DNA of 64,000 bases, taken from positions 64,001 through 128,000 of the IMG/VR virus record IMGVR_UViG_3300047476_000521; one strand, given 5' to 3'. Shown here piece after piece: positions 31,773 to 40,791 of the stretch. The position numbers and the translations under genes are program-made. Numbering within the stretch: position 1 is the first letter of the stretch; every line of letters begins with the position of its first letter. The stretch is from a virus. The notes beneath the pieces were generated by a model, which made no database searches, was not told the DNA's origin, and saw only the letters and a list, made by a program, of their open reading frames with translations.

Positions 31773-32335
31773 TGAACATCTTTTATATTTCTGATAATCC
31801 TGTTCAAGCTGCCGAGTGGATGGTAGATCGTCATGTCGTTAAGATGATCCTAGAATCTGCTCAGCTTCTTTCTACTGCACATCGTATTCTTGATGGTAGA
31901 GAGATTCAGTTAGAAGTTCAGGTTGAACAGGAAGACGGGAACGTTAAGACTCGTAAGAAGAAGTGGTGGTTACTAAATGATGCTCGCGAGCACATTATCT
32001 ATTCAGCTACGCACATCAATCATCCTTCTGCTATCTGGGCTCGCACGAGCGTAGAGAATTACAATTGGCTCGTAGATCATTTCTTTGCATTGATGGAAGA
32101 ATACACTTATCGTTACGATAAGACTCATAAGTGCTATGGTGAAATCTCTGCGACTCTGTGCTCTCCTCCCAAAAACTTAACTGAATATGATATGACAACC
32201 ATGCCATCTTGTATGGATCCTAAGTATATTGTATCTTCGGATCCGATAGAGAATTATCGTAATTATTACAAGGTGGGTAAAACTCATCTTCATACTTGGA
32301 AAAACCGTAACCCGCCGGAGTGGATGAATGACTAA
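31772..32335 (+). CDS. Pyrimidine-dimer glycosylase/endonuclease V-like protein
   Basis: MNIFY..DRHVVKMILESAQLLSTAH..THINHPSAIWAR..NYNWL..YRNYY. Confidence 0.8.
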   Translation: MNIFYISDNPVQAAEWMVDRHVVKMILESAQLLSTAHRILDGREIQLEVQVEQEDGNVKTRKKKWWLLNDAREHIIYSATHINHPSAIWARTSVENYNWLVDHFFALMEEYTYRYDKTHKCYGEISATLCSPPKNLTEYDMTTMPSCMDPKYIVSSDPIENYRNYYKVGKTHLHTWKNRNPPEWMND

Positions 32336-32714
32336 TTTTTATAAAGATGTAAAAGAGTTTCAAACAGCAGTAGGTCAGAACGTAGGACAGGCTCCAGCTT
32401 TTCCTGATAACTCTGAACGTGCTTTACGAATGAGACTTCTAGAAGAAGAGTTTGACGAATACAACGAAGGCGAGTATAATAACGACTTGGAAAACATCGC
32501 TAAAGAGCTTGCTGATATTATTTACATTGTATGTGGCACTGCTGTTTCGTATGGTATTCCTCTTGATAAAGTATTCGATGAGGTTCATCGATCAAACATG
32601 GCAAAGTTAGTTGATGGTAAACCAATTCGTCGTGATGATGGTAAGATTTTAAAGCCAGAGGGTTGGACGGCTCCTGACATTAAAAAGATTCTTTATGGAG
32701 TAAGTGATGGTTAA
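32328..32714 (+). CDS. MazG-like all-alpha NTP pyrophosphohydrolase
   Basis: LLEEEFDE..KELADIIY..EVHRSNMAK..DGKILKP. Confidence 0.88.
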   Translation: MTNFYKDVKEFQTAVGQNVGQAPAFPDNSERALRMRLLEEEFDEYNEGEYNNDLENIAKELADIIYIVCGTAVSYGIPLDKVFDEVHRSNMAKLVDGKPIRRDDGKILKPEGWTAPDIKKILYGVSDG

Positions 32715-34089
32715 ACGTATTGTTGCAAGAGAAAAACATGATTCTGAACATCTTCTAGGAACATTTCTAGACGAAAGTCATTATGATGTTTTAATCACAA
32801 AAGATACAGATTGTTTCATGCCGCCGAACTGCGATGTCATTACCAAGGCAGATTGCGGTATGAATGATTGTGATACTTGCGAAAAGGGTAATGACGAACT
32901 ACGTATTGCTTTTAAGTTTCGTAAGAATTATTTCTCCAAGCAAGAATGTCATGAAGCATATCTTGGTCTAAGGGGTGCAGCTACTGAATCGCAGAACCGT
33001 GGTCTAGCTGCTGGGCCTCGTGGAGAAATGCTTGCATGCGAAGGTCGTGGCGGTCGTGATTGGGTTACTCCTTATCAGGCTGAGATGCTAGACTTTCTTC
33101 AGTTAGATGCTGCTAACTTAGAATCTTATTTTGACGAAGAAACTTCAGTAGAAAGCATTCGTGCTAAGTATAACGATCCTAAATATAAGCCAGTAGACGA
33201 AACTCGTGGCACTGTTTGGCTTCGTTCTGAGGTCGAAAAGGTTTATCCTGAGTATCATGGTTGGTTCGATAAGTGGGTCGATGGCCTTAGTAATAAACCA
33301 AAGGAGATGGTTCGTGAAGAAGCAAGAATGGTTGCAGAAAAGTGGGCTTCGACCACAAATTATGCCAAGTCCGTGTTCTCAGGTGTGGCTGGCTGGTACG
33401 ATCGTTACCCTCGCATTCCTTATGGGCGTCCAACTTCATATACTGAGAAATACCCAGAGCTATTTGAGCAAGCATATCCATTCCTCCAAACCCTAAACAA
33501 GGGTTTTCGCGAACTCCTTCCTTGGCGTTGGAAGAATCAGCGTGCTGCTGCAGATAAGCTTGATCCACGCTTCCTAGTTCCAGGAACAGTGTTTACTACA
33601 ATCACTGTTAATAAAACATTCAGAACTGCAGCGCACAGAGATGCTGGTGATCTTGAATCAGGATTATCAAACCTTCTTGTTCTAGGCTCAGGAGATTATA
33701 CTGGTGGTTATCTTATTTTCCCTGAGTATAGGATTGCTGTTGATGTTCGTCCTGGCGATCTCCTTCTTGTTAATAATCATGAAATTATTCATGGAAATAC
33801 ACCTATTGTACTTAACAATCCTGATGATCCTGCTTGCGAGAGAATCTCCGTAGTTTGTTATTTCCGAGAGAAGATGCTTGAGCTAAAGGGTTATGACTAC
33901 GAAGCATTGCGTAAGCAATATGTTGAAGAACGTCGCATGAATAAGGATCATCGTTTACATCGTCCGTTGTGGAATGGAGTTTCACCAGGAATGTGGGAAG
34001 AAAAAGAATGGTATGATTATCTCCATGAACATGGTATGATTGATCCTTATGGTAAGGATGAAGTTGCAAGCCTAGAAGGATTTTTCTAA
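32707..34089 (+). CDS. TET/JBP-family 2OG-Fe(II) dioxygenase
   Basis: FTTITVNKTFRTAAHRDAGD (HxD), GGYLIFPEY, HEIIHGNT (H), RISVVCYFR (RxS); adjacent glycosyltransferase. Confidence 0.85.
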   Translation: MVKRIVAREKHDSEHLLGTFLDESHYDVLITKDTDCFMPPNCDVITKADCGMNDCDTCEKGNDELRIAFKFRKNYFSKQECHEAYLGLRGAATESQNRGLAAGPRGEMLACEGRGGRDWVTPYQAEMLDFLQLDAANLESYFDEETSVESIRAKYNDPKYKPVDETRGTVWLRSEVEKVYPEYHGWFDKWVDGLSNKPKEMVREEARMVAEKWASTTNYAKSVFSGVAGWYDRYPRIPYGRPTSYTEKYPELFEQAYPFLQTLNKGFRELLPWRWKNQRAAADKLDPRFLVPGTVFTTITVNKTFRTAAHRDAGDLESGLSNLLVLGSGDYTGGYLIFPEYRIAVDVRPGDLLLVNNHEIIHGNTPIVLNNPDDPACERISVVCYFREKMLELKGYDYEALRKQYVEERRMNKDHRLHRPLWNGVSPGMWEEKEWYDYLHEHGMIDPYGKDEVASLEGFF

Positions 34090-34871
34090 TGGATTATCAA
34101 ATTGCTATTCCTTCGTATAAGCGCCCAGAAACTATTAAGAAAAAGACTCTAAAAGTTTTAGAGAGTTATAATATCGATCCGTCACGAATTACAATCTTTG
34201 TAGCGGATGAAGAAGAACTTGCCGCTTATAAGAAGTCTTTAGGAGGAACTCCTTATCAGAAGTTAGTGGTCGGTGTTCATACCATTGGAGCGCAACGTAA
34301 CTTTATTGAAAAGTATTATCCTGAAGGCACTAAGTTGGTGATGTTTGATGATGATGTTGAAGAAGTTCAGAAGAAAATCTCCGAGCAGAAACTTGGTAGG
34401 CTCGAAGACCTTGAGAAAGACTTCATCATCAAGGGGTTTGAAGAATGCGAAAAGGTTGGTGCGAAAACGTTTGGCATCTATGCTGCCTCAAATGCATACT
34501 TTATGAAGGATAGAGTTTACACTAAGCTCTGTTATGTTATTGCTTCAATGTTTGGTGTGATTGTAGATCATGATCCATTTCTTGAACGTGTGACAAATCA
34601 TGGTGAAGATTACGAATATTCTATTCGCCAGTATGTAAAGAATGATGCAGTTGTTCGATTTGATTATCTCACAGTTAAATCTAATTATTACAAAGAAGAT
34701 GGCGGATTACAGACAATTCGTACCAAAGAATATGTTTATGAATCTATTAAAAAGATTGCAGACATGTTTCCTGATTTATGCACGATGTATATTCGTGAGA
34801 CAACTGGTAACGCTGAACTTCGATTGAAGGATATGCGTGTTAAAGGCAATACACTGGAGAGTTTTTTCTGA
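34089..34871 (+). CDS. TET-associated (GREB1-like) glycosyltransferase
   Basis: IAIPSYKR, QRNFI, MFDDD, GEDYEYS, YYKEDGGL; ATG overlaps TET stop. Confidence 0.82.
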   Translation: MDYQIAIPSYKRPETIKKKTLKVLESYNIDPSRITIFVADEEELAAYKKSLGGTPYQKLVVGVHTIGAQRNFIEKYYPEGTKLVMFDDDVEEVQKKISEQKLGRLEDLEKDFIIKGFEECEKVGAKTFGIYAASNAYFMKDRVYTKLCYVIASMFGVIVDHDPFLERVTNHGEDYEYSIRQYVKNDAVVRFDYLTVKSNYYKEDGGLQTIRTKEYVYESIKKIADMFPDLCTMYIRETTGNAELRLKDMRVKGNTLESFF

Positions 34872-35239
34872 TGACAAAATTATGCGACGATAATTGGATT
34901 TCATTAAAGGATGCTATTAAACAACAGCAATATGGTTTGGCGCCAACTAAATACAAATATAAGGAAGACCAGATTATTGCTGACTTCCATGCCTATATCG
35001 ATAAAACATATGGGCAGCATTATATGACTGAAGAGCAGAATATAGAATGTTTTGATGTGTGGCTCGCCCTTGGTGAATCTATGCCTACCTTCCGAAACAC
35101 AGCTATTAAGTATCTTTGGCGCTATGGAAAAAAGCATGGCAGCAATAAAGATGACTTGCTAAAAGTTCTGCATTACGTTATAATGATGTTATATGTGGAC
35201 CACTATAAGGAAGTAAATGAAGACTATCGAAGAACATAA
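34871..35239 (+). CDS. DUF3310/T7 gp1.7-like nucleotide-binding protein
   Basis: TYGQHY..AIKYLWRYGKK..DLLKVLHY. Confidence 0.72.
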   Translation: MTKLCDDNWISLKDAIKQQQYGLAPTKYKYKEDQIIADFHAYIDKTYGQHYMTEEQNIECFDVWLALGESMPTFRNTAIKYLWRYGKKHGSNKDDLLKVLHYVIMMLYVDHYKEVNEDYRRT

Positions 35240-35411
35240 TCGCGAGAAGTATGAACACTACGCTTTAAAAGAAGTAGGAACTGGTGTTCAATGTCCGCAT
35301 TGTGGCGATGAAATGTTTGAATCAGAACCAGAAGTTGTTTTGTTAACCTTTCCTCCACGAAAAAAAGTTCATTGCAAAAGTTGTAAATATAAAACAACAT
35401 TGATTAAGTAA
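35217..35411 (+). CDS. Small zinc-ribbon protein
   Basis: CPHC...CKSC. Confidence 0.65.
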   Translation: MKTIEEHNREKYEHYALKEVGTGVQCPHCGDEMFESEPEVVLLTFPPRKKVHCKSCKYKTTLIK

Positions 35412-35425
35412 GAAAGGTGATTTGA

Positions 35426-36298
35426 ATGGAAATTAAGATTCCTATTGAAAAGTTGAGAGAGCGTGGTTTGTTTGTTGCCACGCCAATGTATGGCGGCCAG
35501 TGTGCTGGTATGTTTGCTAAGTCTTGTGCAGACTTATCTGCTCTTTGTACTCAGTATGGTATTCCTCTACAATATTATTATCTTTTTAACGAGTCGCTAA
35601 TTACTCGTGCTCGTAATTATTGTTGTGATGAATTTATGCGTTCTCAGTCGCAACATCTAATGTTTATTGATGCTGACATTGGATTTAATCCACAAGATGT
35701 TATCGCTCTTATGGCTCTACAAGCTCAAGAAGAGGAAAAGTTTGACATTATTGGCGGACCATATCCTAAGAAGTGTATCTCATGGGAAAAGATTAAGCAC
35801 GCTGTAGATAAGGGTGTTGCTGATGATGACCCAGGCGTTCTAGAAAAGTTTGTTGGCGATTATGTATTCAACCCAAAGGGTAATCAAACTTCAATCCCAC
35901 TAAGCGAACCAGTTGAAGTCCTAGAAATCGGAACTGGATTTATGATGGTTTCTAAGAAAGCCATGCAGAAATTTTACGACCATTACAAGGATCAGTATTC
36001 TTATAAGCCAGACCATGTTCGTACGGAACATTTTGATGGTACTCGAGAAATTCTACAGTTTTTCCAGGCTGAAATTGATCCAAAGTCAAAGCGTTATCTA
36101 TCAGAAGATTATTGGTTCTGTCAGAAGGCTCAGGATATTGGACTACGTACATGGTTCTGCCCATGGATGAAGATGCAGCATGTTGGAACTTATATCTTTG
36201 GTGGTTCTCTTGCTGATCTAGCTAGTATCGGCGCTTCAGCTACAGCTGATCCAGGCGCTCTTAAATCTAAGAAAATGATGAAGTCTAACATTAAGTGA
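35426..36298 (+). CDS. GT-A fold glycosyltransferase-like protein
   Basis: VATPMYGG, ESLITRARN, MFIDADI (DxD), GTGFMMV, LSEDYWFC, HVG. Confidence 0.75.
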   Translation: MEIKIPIEKLRERGLFVATPMYGGQCAGMFAKSCADLSALCTQYGIPLQYYYLFNESLITRARNYCCDEFMRSQSQHLMFIDADIGFNPQDVIALMALQAQEEEKFDIIGGPYPKKCISWEKIKHAVDKGVADDDPGVLEKFVGDYVFNPKGNQTSIPLSEPVEVLEIGTGFMMVSKKAMQKFYDHYKDQYSYKPDHVRTEHFDGTREILQFFQAEIDPKSKRYLSEDYWFCQKAQDIGLRTWFCPWMKMQHVGTYIFGGSLADLASIGASATADPGALKSKKMMKSNIK

Positions 36299-36314
36299 TA
36301 GGAGAAGGTATATT

Positions 36315-36968
36315 ATGAAAATTGATACAGATACAGTTAACGTTCTAAAGAATTTTGCTAAGATTAATCCATCCATTGTCATTCAGGAAGGCAACGTTCT
36401 AAAGACGATTTCACCGACTAAGACAATCATGGCCAAGGCAAAGGTTAAGACTGACTTTGATAAGCGATTTGCAATTTATAATCTCGATCGTTTCATTTCG
36501 ATCGTTAGCACTTTCACTGATCCAGATTTTAAGTTTGGAGATAGGTCTGTTGATATTTGCGACAATAATCGTAAGACTCATTATGTTTATGCTGACGAGA
36601 ATTCGGTAACCAAGGCACCAGATAGGGAGATTAATCTTCCATCTATCGACGTTACCTTTAGACTCACTAACGAGAACCTAAAGGATGTCGAGAAGGCTGC
36701 TGGCATTCTTGCTCTTCCTGAGATTGTTGTCATGGGTGATGGTAGTAACCTATTCCTACAGGCAGCTGATTCAAAGAACCCAAGCGGTGACGTTTATTCG
36801 ATCCAGATTGGAGAAACTGATAAGGCTTTTAAGGCAATCTTTAAGGCAGAGAATATCAAGATTATTCCTGGCGATTACGATGTCAGTATTTCAGCAAAGG
36901 GTATTTCTCACTTTGTCCGAGATGAAGTTGAATACTACATTGCTGTTGAACAGACGTCAACTTTCTAA
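36315..36968 (+). CDS. gp45: Sliding clamp gp45
   Basis: LKNFAKINPSI..FAIYNLDRF..FKAENIKIIPGDYDV..YYIAVE. Confidence 0.93.
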   Translation: MKIDTDTVNVLKNFAKINPSIVIQEGNVLKTISPTKTIMAKAKVKTDFDKRFAIYNLDRFISIVSTFTDPDFKFGDRSVDICDNNRKTHYVYADENSVTKAPDREINLPSIDVTFRLTNENLKDVEKAAGILALPEIVVMGDGSNLFLQAADSKNPSGDVYSIQIGETDKAFKAIFKAENIKIIPGDYDVSISAKGISHFVRDEVEYYIAVEQTSTF

Positions 36969-36973
36969 TAGTT

Positions 36974-36997
36974 GGGGACTACGGTCCCCTTCTTTTT
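36974..36997 (+). terminator. Rho-independent terminator after gp45
   Basis: GGGGAC-TACG-GTCCCC then TTCTTTTT. Confidence 0.85.
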
Positions 36998-37014
36998 GAT
37001 GTGAGGTTTATATT

Positions 37015-37248
37015 ATGAGAAAGATACCAGATCCGATAGTTATTCAAACAGTGTTTGGTCCAGAAGTTGCAACTAAGAAATGCAATGCATGTAAAGATGT
37101 AAAATACATTCATGAATTTTATTGCGAAACTCCTTCTAAGTTGAATAAACTTAAAAGATATGGAGAGCAGGTAAGAAATCAATGTATTGACTGTTGGGCA
37201 AAATACCAAGGTCGTGTTTGGTCGCTACAATATGATGAGGTGAAATAA
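37015..37248 (+). CDS. Small Cys4 zinc-finger protein
   Basis: KKCNAC..EFY..RNQCIDC. Confidence 0.65.
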   Translation: MRKIPDPIVIQTVFGPEVATKKCNACKDVKYIHEFYCETPSKLNKLKRYGEQVRNQCIDCWAKYQGRVWSLQYDEVK

Positions 37249-38186
37249 TGAATGAAGAATTTCTCTGGGTTGAAAAGTATCGTCCAAAGGCAATTGAAGA
37301 TACTATCCTTCCTTGTGATCTGAAGGCAACCTTTCAACAGTTTGTTGATCAAAAGAATATTCCTAATCTAATTCTAGCAGGCTCGGCAGGCGTTGGTAAG
37401 ACAACTGTTGCACGTGCTATGCTTGAGCAGTTAGGTTGTGATTATATCGTAATTAATGGATCTATGAATGGCAATATCGACACACTTCGTAACGAAATAC
37501 TCAACTTTGCGTCATCCGTTTCATTATCAGGTGGCAGGAAATATGTCATCCTTGACGAAGCGGATTATCTTAATGCCAATTCTACTCAACCCGCACTTCG
37601 TAATTTTATGGAAGAATTTTCCAGGAATTGCGGTTTCATCCTCACTTGCAACTTCAAGAATCGAATCATCGATCCTCTGCACTCCAGATGTTCTGTAATT
37701 GATTTCAAGATTCCTAAGAAGTCCATGGCCAAGTTGGCTGGTCAGTTCTTCAAGCGTGTTCAGACCATCCTCGAGTCAGAAGGTGTGGAATACGACAAGG
37801 CAGTAGTTGCTGAGGTAATTAACAAGCACTTCCCAGATTGGCGTCGTGTTCTAAATGAACTACAGCGTTATTCAGCAACAGGTAAGATTGATTCTGGTAT
37901 TCTAGCAAATATGACAGAATCATCAATCAAGGAATTGGTTGGGTTTCTTAAGAGTCAGAATTACACAGAGATCCGTAAGTGGGTTAAGAATAACCTAGAC
38001 ACTGATGTTAATTATCTGTATAATCAGTTCTATGATATTTCTTCTGATATTTGTACCAAGCAATCAGCACCAGCACTAGTTCTGAGCCTTTCAAAGTATC
38101 AGTATCAGAATGCATTTGCTGCTAATCCAGAGATCAACTTTATGGCTTTTCTGATTGAGATTATGATTGAATGTGAGTTCGTTTGA
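37248..38186 (+). CDS. gp44: Clamp loader ATPase gp44
   Basis: LWVEKYRP, GSAGVGKT, ILDEAD, LHSRC. Confidence 0.95.
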   Translation: MNEEFLWVEKYRPKAIEDTILPCDLKATFQQFVDQKNIPNLILAGSAGVGKTTVARAMLEQLGCDYIVINGSMNGNIDTLRNEILNFASSVSLSGGRKYVILDEADYLNANSTQPALRNFMEEFSRNCGFILTCNFKNRIIDPLHSRCSVIDFKIPKKSMAKLAGQFFKRVQTILESEGVEYDKAVVAEVINKHFPDWRRVLNELQRYSATGKIDSGILANMTESSIKELVGFLKSQNYTEIRKWVKNNLDTDVNYLYNQFYDISSDICTKQSAPALVLSLSKYQYQNAFAANPEINFMAFLIEIMIECEFV

Positions 38187-38641
38187 TGACTAAGTTTCTA
38201 GACGTTACGTTACAGGAGAGAAAAGAACCTAAACAAGAAATTAAATTGGAGAAACCCAGATATGACTGGCGGTATGAAAATTCTATTACCTCTGGGAAAG
38301 AAATCGAGATTGACACTGATTATAGTCAATGGAGAACTAATAGTGTCCTATCAAATTATAGAGAAACCATCCTTTATGCCAACGAAATGAATTGTCATTA
38401 TGGCGTAACAGATCAAATGCATTATGATTATCTTTATAATTCCATTCGTAAGAAAAGAATGAAGGGTGTTAAAGAAACAGATAAAGAAAAGAAAGATCGT
38501 AAGCAAAAGGAAGAGCTCCAATCTCTAGTTTCCGACTATTATAAATATAATATTGTGCGCACTAAAGAAGCTTTAAAAATACTTACTGCGGAACAATTGA
38601 ATTTTATAAAGAATAAAAATAATAAAGGTGGAGTCAAATGA
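38186..38641 (+). CDS. gp62: Clamp loader small subunit gp62
   Basis: YANEMN..QMHYDYLYNSIRKKR..YYKYN..EALKILT..KGG; between gp44 and regA. Confidence 0.88.
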   Translation: MTKFLDVTLQERKEPKQEIKLEKPRYDWRYENSITSGKEIEIDTDYSQWRTNSVLSNYRETILYANEMNCHYGVTDQMHYDYLYNSIRKKRMKGVKETDKEKKDRKQKEELQSLVSDYYKYNIVRTKEALKILTAEQLNFIKNKNNKGGVK

Positions 38642-39039
38642 ATGAACTTTTAGATTCTCTAATTGAGGTGAAGATCGCCGAAGAAGAAGATTTTCTCAAA
38701 ATCAAAGAAACCCTAACACGTATCGGTGTGGCTTCTCGTAAAGAGAAGAAGCTCTATCAGTCCTGTCATATATTCCATAAGCAGGGTAAATATTACATTG
38801 TTCATTTTAAAGAGATGTTTAGTATAGATGGTAAGCCATCTAATTTCTCTGATGAAGATAAGGGACGACGTAATAAAATCATTCAGTTACTCCAAGAATG
38901 GGGTCTGTTAAAGGTAGTAGAACCAGAACGTATTACTGAGCCACTAGCTTCCATGAGTCAGATTAAGATTATTAATCACAAAGAAAAGCATGAATGGAAT
39001 CTAGAAGCTAAATATAACATGGGTCGTAAGAAGAAGTAA
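38638..39039 (+). CDS. regA: Translational repressor RegA
   Basis: DFLKIKETLTRIGVASRKEKKLYQSCHIFHKQGKYYIVHFKE. Confidence 0.96.
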   Translation: MNELLDSLIEVKIAEEEDFLKIKETLTRIGVASRKEKKLYQSCHIFHKQGKYYIVHFKEMFSIDGKPSNFSDEDKGRRNKIIQLLQEWGLLKVVEPERITEPLASMSQIKIINHKEKHEWNLEAKYNMGRKKK

Positions 39040-39054
39040 CTGAAGGAATATATT

Positions 39055-39402
39055 ATGTGGCCATTTAAAATTGTAAAAAAGAATAATACTCCTGCCGAAG
39101 AAAGACTTGAACAGATTAAGGATATACTTTTTCCGCCAAGTAAGCTAAATGAAGAATTAGATAAAGACGGTAGTATTTTCAAATGGCAAGTAGATTATTC
39201 TGCCGATATGAATCTAGATGCTGCGTTGACGGACCTAGAAGAAGGTATTAACGATCCTGCAGTTCATAATACTATAAGAGATATTTCAAAAAGACTTTCT
39301 AGTATTAGAGAATTATTAGATGCTTACATGGAGTTACATCCAGAAGCCAAGTATATAATGGTCGAAAGCAGTAAGGATGATGTAGATGTCGGAAACCTCT
39401 GA
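39055..39402 (+). CDS. Hypothetical protein
   Basis: ORF with SD AAGGA. Confidence 0.65.
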   Translation: MWPFKIVKKNNTPAEERLEQIKDILFPPSKLNEELDKDGSIFKWQVDYSADMNLDAALTDLEEGINDPAVHNTIRDISKRLSSIRELLDAYMELHPEAKYIMVESSKDDVDVGNL

Positions 39403-39568
39403 GAAATTAGAAGAAATTCCTGCTATTCTAGAGAGAATTATAGACTCTAGATTTAAATATTTACATGAATTGCGATTCGAAAATCATAGACTCGCGAGAC
39501 ATATACTCGAAAACGAATATAATCCTGAAGTAGAAAAAATAAAAAAGATCCTAGAAAATATCGCTTGA
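39386..39568 (+). CDS. Hypothetical protein
   Basis: Coupled small ORF. Confidence 0.55.
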   Translation: MSETSEKLEEIPAILERIIDSRFKYLHELRFENHRLARHILENEYNPEVEKIKKILENIA

Positions 39569-39593
39569 CATTTTTCCGGATCTAGGGTAATAT
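39565..39593 (+). promoter_or_regulatory. Sigma70-like promoter
   Basis: TTGACA-17-TAATAT; similar boxes at 39780-39808 (TTGACA-17-TATAAT) and 40200-40228 (TTGACT-17-TAAGAT). Confidence 0.75.
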
Positions 39594-39616
39594 AAGCATA
39601 CGATAGGGAGAACTCT

Positions 39617-40042
39617 ATGTCTATGCATATTTTACCCGCCTTCTATACGACTACGAACACTCGTAAACGTAAGAAGAAGCCAGCAGCCAAGACTAAGCTC
39701 GTGTCAGATCACGATCGTTGGCTGATGAAGAACGGAGTCCATCCGGATCAAATCCGTTCGAAAAAAGATAAAAAAGTACTTGACAAAATGTGGCGTTCGG
39801 GTTATAATGATTCTATGATGGTTGATCGATCTACTCGCCACTACGACGACAAAGAGTTGGTCGCTGGTGATTGTTCTAAGCGAGATATTATGACCAATCT
39901 TCATAAAGAACCAGAGCATGTGCAGGAGGAAATCCTCCGTAAAGCTTCTCTGGTTATGCCCCTCTATAACAAGGGCGGTTTACAGTATGCCGGTCCCAAC
40001 GTTGATTTGACGACTGTAGGGACTAAATCTCGAAGAGGATAA
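39617..40042 (+). CDS. Hypothetical protein (basic; C-terminal PLYNKGGLQY)
   Basis: SD GGGAGA; motif recurrent in T4-like phages. Confidence 0.7.
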   Translation: MSMHILPAFYTTTNTRKRKKKPAAKTKLVSDHDRWLMKNGVHPDQIRSKKDKKVLDKMWRSGYNDSMMVDRSTRHYDDKELVAGDCSKRDIMTNLHKEPEHVQEEILRKASLVMPLYNKGGLQYAGPNVDLTTVGTKSRRG

Positions 40043-40043
40043 T

Positions 40044-40241
40044 ATGGCTCAGATTAAGCTAAGTGATGCGTTTATGAATGTTTCTGACAGTGTTACTGTC
40101 AATCGATACGAGAATGGTTGGATGGTCGAGGTCTCTGGCAACGATCATAGCGACAGTTGGCAGAATAAAAAGTTTATCTTCTCTGACCTAAAAAATGTCT
40201 TGACTTTTCTCGAAGAATATAGTAAGATTACTCTAAGCTAA
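40044..40241 (+). CDS. Hypothetical protein
   Basis: SD AGGA; coupled ORF. Confidence 0.65.
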   Translation: MAQIKLSDAFMNVSDSVTVNRYENGWMVEVSGNDHSDSWQNKKFIFSDLKNVLTFLEEYSKITLS

Positions 40242-40258
40242 GAAAAGGGGTTACGGAT

Positions 40259-40432
40259 ATGGACATGATCGAAATTCAGCTTCAGGATCAGACGGGCAAC
40301 TGGCGTACGTATTCGTATACTCAAAATATTCCTCTCTTGTATCGGGATGGAATGCGCCAGCTGCAGTGGCAGTTTCCGGATGCTCGGATCCGTGCAGTTG
40401 ACTCTAATGGTCGTGTTGTAGATATCTTTTAA
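40259..40432 (+). CDS. Hypothetical protein (57 aa, not in ORF track)
   Basis: MDMIEIQLQDQTGNWRTYSYTQNIPLLYRDGMRQLQWQFPDARIRAVDSNGRVVDIF with SD AAGGGG. Confidence 0.65.
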   Translation: MDMIEIQLQDQTGNWRTYSYTQNIPLLYRDGMRQLQWQFPDARIRAVDSNGRVVDIF

Positions 40433-40445
40433 TGGAGAATATATA

Positions 40446-40709
40446 ATGGTTCAGAATGCTACTAAGGTTGATAAGGTGTTCGAGGCTCTTGTTGCTCGTG
40501 GCGAGCAGCTAACAGCTCAGCAGATTAAGGCTCGTTATGGTGTCGCTAATCCGCATGATGCTGTTTACCAGATTCGTCAGATGGGTTATGCTATCTATCT
40601 AAACGAGAGCAAGAATGCCAAGGGTGAGACTGTTGCTAAGTATCGTGCTGGTACTCCAAACCGCAAGCTAATTGCTGCTGGTTATCGAGCTCTGGCCGCT
40701 GGCCTTTAA
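40446..40709 (+). CDS. Winged-helix-like DNA-binding protein
   Basis: LTAQQIKARYGVANPHDAVYQIRQMGYAIYLN..KYRAG. Confidence 0.7.
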   Translation: MVQNATKVDKVFEALVARGEQLTAQQIKARYGVANPHDAVYQIRQMGYAIYLNESKNAKGETVAKYRAGTPNRKLIAAGYRALAAGL

Positions 40710-40715
40710 TACAAC

Positions 40716-40791
40716 GCTGCTGTAGCTCAGTTGGTAGAGCAACTGATTAGTAATCAGTGGGTCGGGAGTTCGATTCTCTCTAGCAGCACCA
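40716..40791 (+). tRNA. tRNA-Thr(AGT)
   Basis: Cloverleaf; ACTGA-TTAGTAA-TCAGT; encoded CCA. Confidence 0.92.
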
